A stretch of DNA of 64,000 bases from an uncultured Muribaculaceae bacterium (GTDB lineage Bacteria > Cyanobacteriota > Vampirovibrionia > Gastranaerophilales > Gastranaerophilaceae), in contig CAZCIW010000005.1 of NCBI GenBank assembly GCA_964499135.1, forward strand, positions 2,921-66,920. The letters are read 5' to 3'. Each line of letters starts with the position of its first letter. The stretch's first letter is position 1. Under the pieces are notes generated by a model, which saw nothing but the letters and a program-made list of their open reading frames with translations, was not told where the DNA came from and searched no databases. Of the stretch, positions 7,196-14,862 are shown one piece after another. The translations under genes were made by a program, and so were the position numbers.

Positions 7196-8170
7196 ATAAA
7201 TTTTTGTTATAATTTCCGAAATTTCTTCGGAGATATCGTTTTTATCTCTTATATTTTCTTTTAAAAAGTTTGCGAATTCTGCTTTTTTAAATTCGTGAAG
7301 TCCGCGCGTTTTGAAAATTTCTTCAAGTTGATTAACCATCGGCAAACTTTCGTCCAACTGTTCTAAATCAAGCAGGGAAAGACTTTGTGAGGCATATTCA
7401 ATGGTTCGTTTAACTAAATTAAGTGGAAGTAAATCTTCAAATTCGCCGCTTTTGAGGATATAACAAGTGTCAATCGAACGTAATTTAGCTTGCATTGAAT
7501 ACAAATTTTCTTCGGCATCTTTGTCAAGAAGTACAAATATTGGAATTTTTAGTTGTTCCGAAAGCTTGTAATATGTTTTTACAACCTGATTTTTGCCGCC
7601 TGCTGAGATTATATGAACACCGTTTTGGTCAAAATCATAATTCAAAAGTTTTGCAAATACCGGAAGAAGTGTCTCTTCTGTTATTCCTTCGCAAATAATA
7701 ACTTTTTCTACAGGAAAATGAAGTGATTTTTCCTCCCTTATAGCTTTCATATTTTTATTAGTAGTAAGTTCTTTGAGCCAGAGAAGATTTTTTACATCTG
7801 TTTTAGAAAGTAGATTTATAAATCCGTTGTAATTTATGTGGTTTTTTAAAAGTTCTTCGCAATCTTTTGATATATTGAAAATTGTTTTTTCATAGTCGTA
7901 TAGATTCTGATTGATAATTCCGTCAGAATTTTCTTTTGCCCCAAGATTAATCAGCGATGAATTTATAATCTTTTCAGCATAATTTTTGATAATATCATAA
8001 TCTAAATCATCCAGTTCCTGTTTTTTAAATTTAGGAAAAATGAGGTTGGAGGTAATTATATCTTTAAACACTCTGAGATATTTGACTTCAGTATTTTTAA
8101 ATCTGGTGAGTCTGTCTATTGAAATTGTAAGTTGTTCAATTGTGAGTGGTTTAATCTTTAATTCTTCCAA
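7172..8170 (-). CDS. standalone Toprim-domain protein (OLD-nuclease / DUF4435-like), no ATPase domain
   Basis: Residues about 157-220, VIICEGITEETLLPVF...GVHIISAGGKNQ...IPIFVLLDKDAEE, give a conserved Glu in hhhhEG plus DxD. No Walker A anywhere in the protein. TTG start with SD GAGGA. Confidence 0.6.
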   Translation of the reverse strand: MEELKIKPLTIEQLTISIDRLTRFKNTEVKYLRVFKDIITSNLIFPKFKKQELDDLDYDIIKNYAEKIINSSLINLGAKENSDGIINQNLYDYEKTIFNISKDCEELLKNHINYNGFINLLSKTDVKNLLWLKELTTNKNMKAIREEKSLHFPVEKVIICEGITEETLLPVFAKLLNYDFDQNGVHIISAGGKNQVVKTYYKLSEQLKIPIFVLLDKDAEENLYSMQAKLRSIDTCYILKSGEFEDLLPLNLVKRTIEYASQSLSLLDLEQLDESLPMVNQLEEIFKTRGLHEFKKAEFANFLKENIRDKNDISEEISEIITKIYKIKKELV

Positions 8171-8266
8171 GGTTTCCTCATCGTAACATTTGTTAACTGT
8201 TTTTTGTAAAATATAGCAATTTTTTATTACTTGTGTTGTTTATATATGTAAGTGGAGTGAATAGTA

Positions 8267-9694
8267 GTGAATTCAGTAGGTTTAAATTCTAGATACTATA
8301 ATTATAACACAATAGACAAAGTTGGAACTTCTGCCGTTAAGAATGATGAACCAAAACAAGAAAGTTCGCCGGCTTCTTATGTAACAAGTCCTATGAATTA
8401 TACTATTCCATATAATCCGACTTTTAGTGCATCTTCACTCAGAACAAGGCTTAACAGTGAGGAGGAAAAGCATAAATATAATACAATTCTTTCTTGTCTT
8501 GACAGAACTTCAAAGAAAAATATAAAGTCGCTTTTAAAATCAGGAATTTTATTAAATTCAAATTCAAACGACAAATCAACTGTTCTGGATAATTTATATA
8601 ATATAGCGACAAAAGAACGTGCGAACGGGCTTTTGAACGAAGTTATTTTAAAAGATACAATTGCTATCTTGAACGATCCGTATATAATAACGCAGCAGTT
8701 TGGTGATATCCCTCGCGATATGCAAAATCATCTTGTAGAGTCATATATGACTGATAACAATATGGACAAAAATAATTTTGTAGAGCGTAAACAGGCGAAC
8801 AAAGATATCAATGTTGAGCATTCAGGAACTTGTGTTGCATCAAGTATTGAATTTAGCCTTGCTAAAAGAATGCCCGCCGAATTTGCAAGATTTGCAGAAG
8901 GCATATCTTCTCCTGCAATGGCAGTAAATAAAACAATTCAGCTTAAAAATCTGACAGATAATACTCTTGATTCAATCTGGTTATTGAATGCTTTTGAAGT
9001 TCCTTTTAAGATGAATGATTTTAATGAGGCGCACTTAACTCTTGCTCCTGATAAAAATGCAATTGTAAGAGCAAATATTCAAACAAAACACCGAGACGAA
9101 AATGAACGTTCTGTTGTGGATGTTTTAATGCAGTCAACATTGATGAACGTCGGCTCTCAGCAAACTTATGATTCATTAAGTGATAAACGTAAAGGTAAAT
9201 TTAATCAGAATGATAAAGGTTTGATTGAATTTGAAAAGACTTTCACAGAATCAATTGTAGAAGACAAGAATAAAATTTCAGTTACCTATCAGACAGTTGA
9301 CGATAATGCAAGACTGATAGGTTATGAAACTGATTTTGAAACAATGAAACGCCAGATTGGAGATGCTTTGAATATGGGCGAAAACGTAATTATCGGCTAT
9401 ACTCAGGTTGACTCAAACAACGAAATTATAAATGGGCATGAAATAACAATTACCGGTCAAAAGTATGATAAAAACGGAAAATTAATATTTATCTGTAACG
9501 ATACTGATGATGATAATCCACATGCGATTGAATATTCTGCAGAATATTTACTACCGAAAATTCATCATGCCGGACTTCCTCAGGAAGTTGTAAAGGAAGA
9601 TGTCAAACTTGTTGAAAACTGGGTTGAAGGATTAAAATCTTACAAGGAATTGAAAAAGAACTCCAAAAATACTCCACAAAACATCGCAGCTTAA
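8267..9694 (+). CDS. hypothetical protein, putative papain-fold cysteine peptidase (Cys-His-Asp)
   Basis: HSGTCVASSIEF (Cys about residue 189), INGHEITITG (His about 391), then LIFICNDTDDD. GTG start with SD GGAG 9 nt upstream. No signal peptide; the N-terminus is N/S/Y-rich. Confidence 0.5.
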   Translation: MNSVGLNSRYYNYNTIDKVGTSAVKNDEPKQESSPASYVTSPMNYTIPYNPTFSASSLRTRLNSEEEKHKYNTILSCLDRTSKKNIKSLLKSGILLNSNSNDKSTVLDNLYNIATKERANGLLNEVILKDTIAILNDPYIITQQFGDIPRDMQNHLVESYMTDNNMDKNNFVERKQANKDINVEHSGTCVASSIEFSLAKRMPAEFARFAEGISSPAMAVNKTIQLKNLTDNTLDSIWLLNAFEVPFKMNDFNEAHLTLAPDKNAIVRANIQTKHRDENERSVVDVLMQSTLMNVGSQQTYDSLSDKRKGKFNQNDKGLIEFEKTFTESIVEDKNKISVTYQTVDDNARLIGYETDFETMKRQIGDALNMGENVIIGYTQVDSNNEIINGHEITITGQKYDKNGKLIFICNDTDDDNPHAIEYSAEYLLPKIHHAGLPQEVVKEDVKLVENWVEGLKSYKELKKNSKNTPQNIAA

Positions 9695-9773
9695 TGCTTT
9701 GTCACAAAATAATTAAATAAACGCAATTTTTATTTTGACAAACGTTTAAGATATCAGAAAAAAGGTTAGTGAT

Positions 9774-11372
9774 ATGAATTATAATTTACCAAATATAAAT
9801 CAGTTAAACAGATTAGCATTTCGACAGAACATTCAAAACAACAGTGTATCTGCACAATCGAAGGATGCTAAAAATGATGCTAAATCTCCGGTAAAGGCAA
9901 GTATTTTGTATATGAATGATCTTCATGGACAAAACATCAGAATGGAACGTCTGGTGAATGCGGTAAATCAATTTGACAATTTTACTCCGGCAGGGGTTGA
10001 TAAAATGAAATTTGCATCCGGAGATATAATGCTCGGTGAAGATGAAAAACAAGTTAAAGTTGCTGATACCTTTTTAAATTTGGCAGGAATCATGGCTACT
10101 GTTATGGGAAATCATGAGTGTGATATGCCAACAGACCAATTTGTGAAATTAATTTCTGATAAAAAATATAAATTTTTAGGTTTAAATGTTAACCCATCTA
10201 AAGATAATCCAATTAACAAATATATCGAAAAATCTTATATTCAAAAAATTAACGGGCACGACTATGGCGTTATCGGGTTAGTTCCGCATGATTTGTCACT
10301 TCATGTAAAGTTACAGGATCATCTTCCTGATTTACATATTGAATCTGATTTCGACAAAACAATAAAAGCTGTTCAAAATGAAGTCGACAAATTCAAAAAG
10401 CAAGGAATAAATAAAATTATTGTACTTTCTCACTCCGGATATAAACAGGAAGTTAAACTTGCGCAACAAGTAAAAGGTATTGACATTATTCTTGGTGCTC
10501 ACACTCATAATTTATTGGAAGGAATTGAAGAAAATAAAAACCTCTTTTATTCACCGACTGGGGAACCTGTTATAATTACTCAAGCCGGACGTGATGGCAA
10601 GAATTTCGGGGTTTTGAATGTTGAATTTGACAAGGATGGTGTCATTACAAAAGCTCAAAATAATTTAGGTAAAACCGAAAATTATGGCAGAAATCTTGTT
10701 GCCAGAGAAGAATTTGAAAAAGTTTTGGGAAAAGCTGAAATCGTTGGGAAAATAGAATCCTGTGAAAAATTCCCTAAAGATATGTATTTGCAAGAAAATG
10801 CTCACTGCGATTTTATTGTGGATTCTATGCGTGATGTTTTAGGTACTGATATTGCGCTTATGAATGCTGCCAATATTAGAGGTCAATTTGAAGTCGGACG
10901 TGTTGATACAAGAGATTTAGGACTAATCTCTCCATTTGCAAACAAAGTTTTAATTGTAGATTTACCGGAAGAAGAAATTGTAAATTCTATCAAAAAACGT
11001 ATTGAAAATAGTACAAAGTCCACTTCACACAGACCCGGAATCGTTCAGGTTTCAGGATTGAAGTATTCTTTCAATAATAAAGGTGAATTGTTGTCGATGT
11101 CTTATATTGATAAAAATAATAATGAGACTCAGATAGATGTTAAAAACCCTCGTAAGGATAAATTCTATTCTGTATCAACAGATGATTTCTGTCTTATCAG
11201 TGATGGCGGCGGGTTAGGTTTGTCACATAGATTGAAAGAAGCAAAGAAAATTTTTGATCACGATAAAGATGTTGTTGTTGGTGAATATATCAAAAAACAA
11301 ACTTCACCAATCCATATCAAATCGGATGGACGAATCGTTAATGTAGATGACATAAATTCAAAAGAGACTTAA
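9774..11372 (+). CDS. bifunctional metallophosphatase / 5'-nucleotidase (UshA-like), no signal peptide
   Basis: Calcineurin-like motifs ILYMNDLHG, GDIMLG, GNHECD, VLSHSGY and GAHTHN, followed by a 5'-nucleotidase-type C-terminal half. The N-terminal 45 aa are polar with no hydrophobic core. Confidence 0.8.
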   Translation: MNYNLPNINQLNRLAFRQNIQNNSVSAQSKDAKNDAKSPVKASILYMNDLHGQNIRMERLVNAVNQFDNFTPAGVDKMKFASGDIMLGEDEKQVKVADTFLNLAGIMATVMGNHECDMPTDQFVKLISDKKYKFLGLNVNPSKDNPINKYIEKSYIQKINGHDYGVIGLVPHDLSLHVKLQDHLPDLHIESDFDKTIKAVQNEVDKFKKQGINKIIVLSHSGYKQEVKLAQQVKGIDIILGAHTHNLLEGIEENKNLFYSPTGEPVIITQAGRDGKNFGVLNVEFDKDGVITKAQNNLGKTENYGRNLVAREEFEKVLGKAEIVGKIESCEKFPKDMYLQENAHCDFIVDSMRDVLGTDIALMNAANIRGQFEVGRVDTRDLGLISPFANKVLIVDLPEEEIVNSIKKRIENSTKSTSHRPGIVQVSGLKYSFNNKGELLSMSYIDKNNNETQIDVKNPRKDKFYSVSTDDFCLISDGGGLGLSHRLKEAKKIFDHDKDVVVGEYIKKQTSPIHIKSDGRIVNVDDINSKET

Positions 11373-12031
11373 TAATCGTACTGTTCTCGAGAATTAAGGT
11401 ATTCTTTGACAAAGTTCAGGGACGATTGCACAATACGCGTAACGCGTGAAGGCGAAAGCCCGATTTGGGTTGCAATATCTTTTACCTGCATGTTTCTGTA
11501 AAAACGATATTCAACAACGGTTCTTTCTTTTGGCGGAAGTTTTGAAATTGCTGCACGAATCATTCTGCCCATTTCTGTAATTTCAGCTTGCTCGTCAGGT
11601 GTTGCGTGTTTATCTTTCAAAAAGTCAAATGGTGAATCGTTGTCGCTTGCAGCGGCTGCAAGTCCGTCAATAGACAAAACTGTTTCATAAATCGTTTCAC
11701 GGACTTTTGCTTTTTGCATGTCCATTCCTTCGACTTCTTCTTCCGGTTCAAATTCATCTTCCGGTTTATGTTTCAGAGAATACCATTTGTAGCGGATGCG
11801 AAGCTCGTTTCTGATAGCCCAACGAACAGCGGTTGCAACATATGCAATATTGTAACGTTCCAGCTGTTCAGGTGTTTTATTTTTGATAAGAGCCTGTATG
11901 GCGATAATTCCGATTGATAAAAGTTCCTCAAACTCTACCATGTGAGAGGGAATTCTTCTGTGCTCTATCTTCGCCACTTTTTCAACTATATCTATATATT
12001 CTTGTATTTTCGATTTCTGTTGCATAACCAT
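11369..12031 (-). CDS. sigma-70 family sigma factor, FliA/SigD (sigma-28)-like
   Basis: Region 2-like AVRWAIRNELRIRYKW and region 4 HTH LPPKERTVVEYRFYRNMQVKDIATQIGLSPSRVTRIVQSSL. It starts 2 nt after the flhB stop. It is a paralog of 58305-58916. Confidence 0.75.
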   Translation of the reverse strand: MVMQQKSKIQEYIDIVEKVAKIEHRRIPSHMVEFEELLSIGIIAIQALIKNKTPEQLERYNIAYVATAVRWAIRNELRIRYKWYSLKHKPEDEFEPEEEVEGMDMQKAKVRETIYETVLSIDGLAAAASDNDSPFDFLKDKHATPDEQAEITEMGRMIRAAISKLPPKERTVVEYRFYRNMQVKDIATQIGLSPSRVTRIVQSSLNFVKEYLNSREQYDY

Positions 12032-12033
12032 GA

Positions 12034-13131
12034 TTATTTGTTATTTCTAGGCTTACCTGTTATTCTACCCTGATTTTTATTATTTTTCAAGTTGTAAACA
12101 AAAAGTAAAATTTCAGCGATTGCCTTGTAAAGTTCCGGTGGAATTTGTCTGTTCAAGTCAACCATTTTAAAAAGCGCACGCGCCACCGGCGCATTCTCAA
12201 TTACCGGTATATTGTGTTCTTTCGCTATATTGATAATTTTTTTTGCAATAAGTTCCGTACCTTTTGCAATAAGCATGGGGGAATCCATTTCTTCTGCTTT
12301 ATATTTAAGTGCACATGCAATGTGCGTCGGATTTGTTACGACAAAATCCGCGTCAGGAACAGCGTCCATCATGCCTCTTTGTAGCATTTGCATTCTTCGC
12401 TGGCGGAGCGCTGCTTTAACATTTGGGTCGCCTTCAGTGTTTTTGTATTCGTCTTTAATTTCTTTAAATGACATTTTTTGATCTTGTAAAAACTTCCATT
12501 TCGTAACTCCATAATCGGCAGCTGCTATTACAAGGAAGGCAATGCAGGCTTTGAAAATAAATTCTGTAATAAGTTTCCCAAATTCTACAAGTACTGCAAA
12601 GTTGTTGTCTACAGCAGCAAGCATAAGTATTTGTTCAATGTGATCCATATAAACCATCCAGCCAATGTAGCCGAGAAGGGCAACTTTTACAATATTTTTG
12701 AAAAGCTCAAAAAGAGTTTTTATGGACATAATGTTTTTAAAATATTTTGTCGGGTTAAGCTTATCAAGTTTTGGCATCAACGGTGCTGTTGCAACCAGTG
12801 GCCCCACCTGAATAAAATCAGCAAGAATTGCCATAAACCATGCCAAAAATAAAATTGGTCCGATAATTAAAAAAGCTGCCTTAATCGTAATTGTCCAGAT
12901 ATATGTCATCCCGACTTCATCTATGTGTGCAGTCGGAATTTGTTCGTACATCAGAGTGAAAAGTTGTGAAATCTGATCCCAGATAAAAGGAGCAAGCCCA
13001 ACAATTGCACTGAACATTACAAGCAGAGAAATTGCGGTCGAAAAGTCTTTAGACTTTACAACCTGTCCTTCTTTCCTTGCCTGTTCCAGCTTTCGCGGGG
13101 TGGCATCAAACTGTTTATCTTCATCACCCAA
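12034..13131 (-). CDS. flhB: flagellar type III export protein FlhB
   Basis: N-terminal DKQFDATPRKLEQARKEGQVVKSKD, four TM segments and the NPTHIA autocleavage motif. TTG start with SD GAGG. Confidence 0.85.
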   Translation of the reverse strand: MGDEDKQFDATPRKLEQARKEGQVVKSKDFSTAISLLVMFSAIVGLAPFIWDQISQLFTLMYEQIPTAHIDEVGMTYIWTITIKAAFLIIGPILFLAWFMAILADFIQVGPLVATAPLMPKLDKLNPTKYFKNIMSIKTLFELFKNIVKVALLGYIGWMVYMDHIEQILMLAAVDNNFAVLVEFGKLITEFIFKACIAFLVIAAADYGVTKWKFLQDQKMSFKEIKDEYKNTEGDPNVKAALRQRRMQMLQRGMMDAVPDADFVVTNPTHIACALKYKAEEMDSPMLIAKGTELIAKKIINIAKEHNIPVIENAPVARALFKMVDLNRQIPPELYKAIAEILLFVYNLKNNKNQGRITGKPRNNK

Positions 13132-13282
13132 CGGTTAAAAACCTCATCCTTTCTGCTTTGGTGTTTTTTTGTGTTTTATTTGGGATCTATTGTATTCAGT
13201 ATTATCTAAATTGTCTAAAATATTTAGTGCTTAAAATTTTCCCAAAATTTTCATCGCCCATACTTCTTCCTTATTAATGAAT

Positions 13283-13291
13283 ATTATAGCA
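13283..13291 (-). promoter_or_regulatory. extended -10 candidate (TGCTATAAT) upstream of flhB
   Basis: The reverse complement of attatagca is TGCTATAAT. It lies about 150 nt upstream of the flhB start, with no good -35. Confidence 0.3.
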
Positions 13292-13311
13292 TGGTCAAAA
13301 TTTTGTTTTCT

Positions 13312-13341
13312 AATAGGCGCGCCGCGCGCGGCGCGCCTATT
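13312..13341. terminator. 30-nt perfect GC-rich palindrome (hairpin) just after the deoC stop
   Basis: The sequence is aataGGCGCGCCGCGCGCGGCGCGCCtatt. A T7 run follows on the + strand and an A-run precedes it on the minus strand. It lies 3 nt from the deoC stop codon. Confidence 0.55.
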
Positions 13342-13344
13342 TTT

Positions 13345-13995
13345 TTATTCAACAATTTTAACTCCGCTGCTGGTGCCAAGTCTTTCGGCGCCTGCTTCAA
13401 GCATTTTTATAGCGGTTTCCTTATCGCGGATACCGCCGGAGGCTTTAACTTTTAAGCCATGCGGCGAAACTGTTTCATACATCAGTTTAACGTCTTCAAC
13501 TTTTGCGCCGACGCCGCCTTTTACAAAACCGGTCGAAGTTTTAACAAAATCGGCTTTAGCTTCAATACAAATTTGGCATGCTTTTTTAATTTCGTCTTTT
13601 GTAAGAAGGTCCGTTTCAAGGATAACTTTAAGTGGTTTGTCGGCGCATGCGGCTTTAACTGTTTCAATATCTTTTTTTACGAATTCGTAATTTTCATCCT
13701 TTAAGGCAGAAACATTAATAACCATATCAATTTCATCGGCGCCGTCTTCTATTGCTTTTTGAGTTTCAAACGCTTTAACCTCAGGTCTGTTTGCACCGAG
13801 CGGAAAACCTACAACAGTCACAATTTTAACGTTACTTTCTTTAAGTTGTTCTTTTGCAAATGATACGTAAAGCGGATTTACACAAACTCCGAAAAATTTA
13901 TATCTTTTTGCTTCTTCAAATAATTTGATAAAATCTTCATGTTTGGCATCCTGCTTTAAAAGCGTATGCTCAATGTGTTTGTTCAGGTTTTCCAT
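13345..13995 (-). CDS. deoC: deoxyribose-phosphate aldolase
   Basis: 216 aa with VCVNP, DMVIN, KVILET and the Schiff-base Lys context DFVKTSTGF. SD AAGGAG. Confidence 0.85.
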   Translation of the reverse strand: MENLNKHIEHTLLKQDAKHEDFIKLFEEAKRYKFFGVCVNPLYVSFAKEQLKESNVKIVTVVGFPLGANRPEVKAFETQKAIEDGADEIDMVINVSALKDENYEFVKKDIETVKAACADKPLKVILETDLLTKDEIKKACQICIEAKADFVKTSTGFVKGGVGAKVEDVKLMYETVSPHGLKVKASGGIRDKETAIKMLEAGAERLGTSSGVKIVE

Positions 13996-14007
13996 TGTTT
14001 TTTCTCC

Positions 14008-14859
14008 TTATAATATATTTTTCAAAATTTCAGCTGTAGAGTAAGATTTGTTCAGCGTGAAAAAGTGTAGCCCTTTTACGTTGTTTTTGAGCAAATCTTC
14101 ACATTGGGAAATCGCAAATTCTATCCCAAGATTTCTTATATAAGTTTTGTTATTTTCGTGCTGTTGTATTTTTTTTAGAAAATTTTCAGGTATCGCAATT
14201 TTTGCAAGAGAAGATATTTTGTTTAGTTGCTGTAAACTGAAAATTGGCATAATCCCTGCAATAACCGGAGTCGTAATCCCTTTGCTTTCAAGTATTTCAC
14301 GATATTTGTAAAATTTTTCGTTTTCAAAAAATAATTGTGTAAAAATTGCATCAGCACCAGCATCGATTTTCTTTTTTAAGTTGTTGATATCATCCTCAAG
14401 CGTCGCGGCTTCAATGTGACCTTCTGGATATCCCGCCACTGCGATTGAAAAATCAGTTTTTTCTTTTAGGTATGCTACAAGTTCGTTTGCATAACAAAAA
14501 TCCGTGCAGGTAATATTTCCGTCCTCGGGTTTATCTCCGCGGAGTGCAAGAATATTTTCAGTTCTGATATTTTTTAAAAATTCAAGATTTTCATCAATAA
14601 AATTTTTGCTGCTGCACATGCAGGTAAAATGTGGCATAATTTCTGTAGAAAAATTTTGATGTAATACTTCCAGAACTTTTCTTAATTCTATACTTTTTTT
14701 CCCGCCGGCTCCGTAGGTAAGCGAAATAAACGCAGGATTAAATTTTTCAAGTACCGTAATTTCATCACAAAGATTTCTGATTTTTTCACACCCGTCAGGG
14801 GGGAAAACTTCAAACGAAATTGTAGGCTTATTTGATTTATATAGTTCTTTTAGTTTCAT
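14008..14859 (-). CDS. metF: methylenetetrahydrofolate reductase
   Basis: SFEVFPP, ISLTYGAGG, LALRGD and TQLFF motifs; 283 aa. Confidence 0.85.
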   Translation of the reverse strand: MKLKELYKSNKPTISFEVFPPDGCEKIRNLCDEITVLEKFNPAFISLTYGAGGKKSIELRKVLEVLHQNFSTEIMPHFTCMCSSKNFIDENLEFLKNIRTENILALRGDKPEDGNITCTDFCYANELVAYLKEKTDFSIAVAGYPEGHIEAATLEDDINNLKKKIDAGADAIFTQLFFENEKFYKYREILESKGITTPVIAGIMPIFSLQQLNKISSLAKIAIPENFLKKIQQHENNKTYIRNLGIEFAISQCEDLLKNNVKGLHFFTLNKSYSTAEILKNIL

Positions 14860-14862
14860 TTT

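Noticed and set aside
8393-8431. Possible shared N-terminal export motif: MNY-x-[LI]-P at the start of the nucleotidase (MNYNLPNIN) and at internal Met43 of the peptidase-like protein (MNYTIPYNP)
   Set aside because: ATG 8393 has no SD, whereas GTG 8267 has GGAG at the proper spacing, so the second motif is internal. Two short matches in N/Y-rich sequence are compatible with chance.
13312-13341. The GC palindrome as a cloning-adaptor or assembly artefact (it contains two AscI-type GGCGCGCC octamers)
   Set aside because: The palindrome extends into native AT flanks (aata/tatt). It sits exactly between a stop codon and a T-run, like a genuine hairpin element. An artefact cannot be fully excluded without reads, so I kept it as a finding with that caveat.
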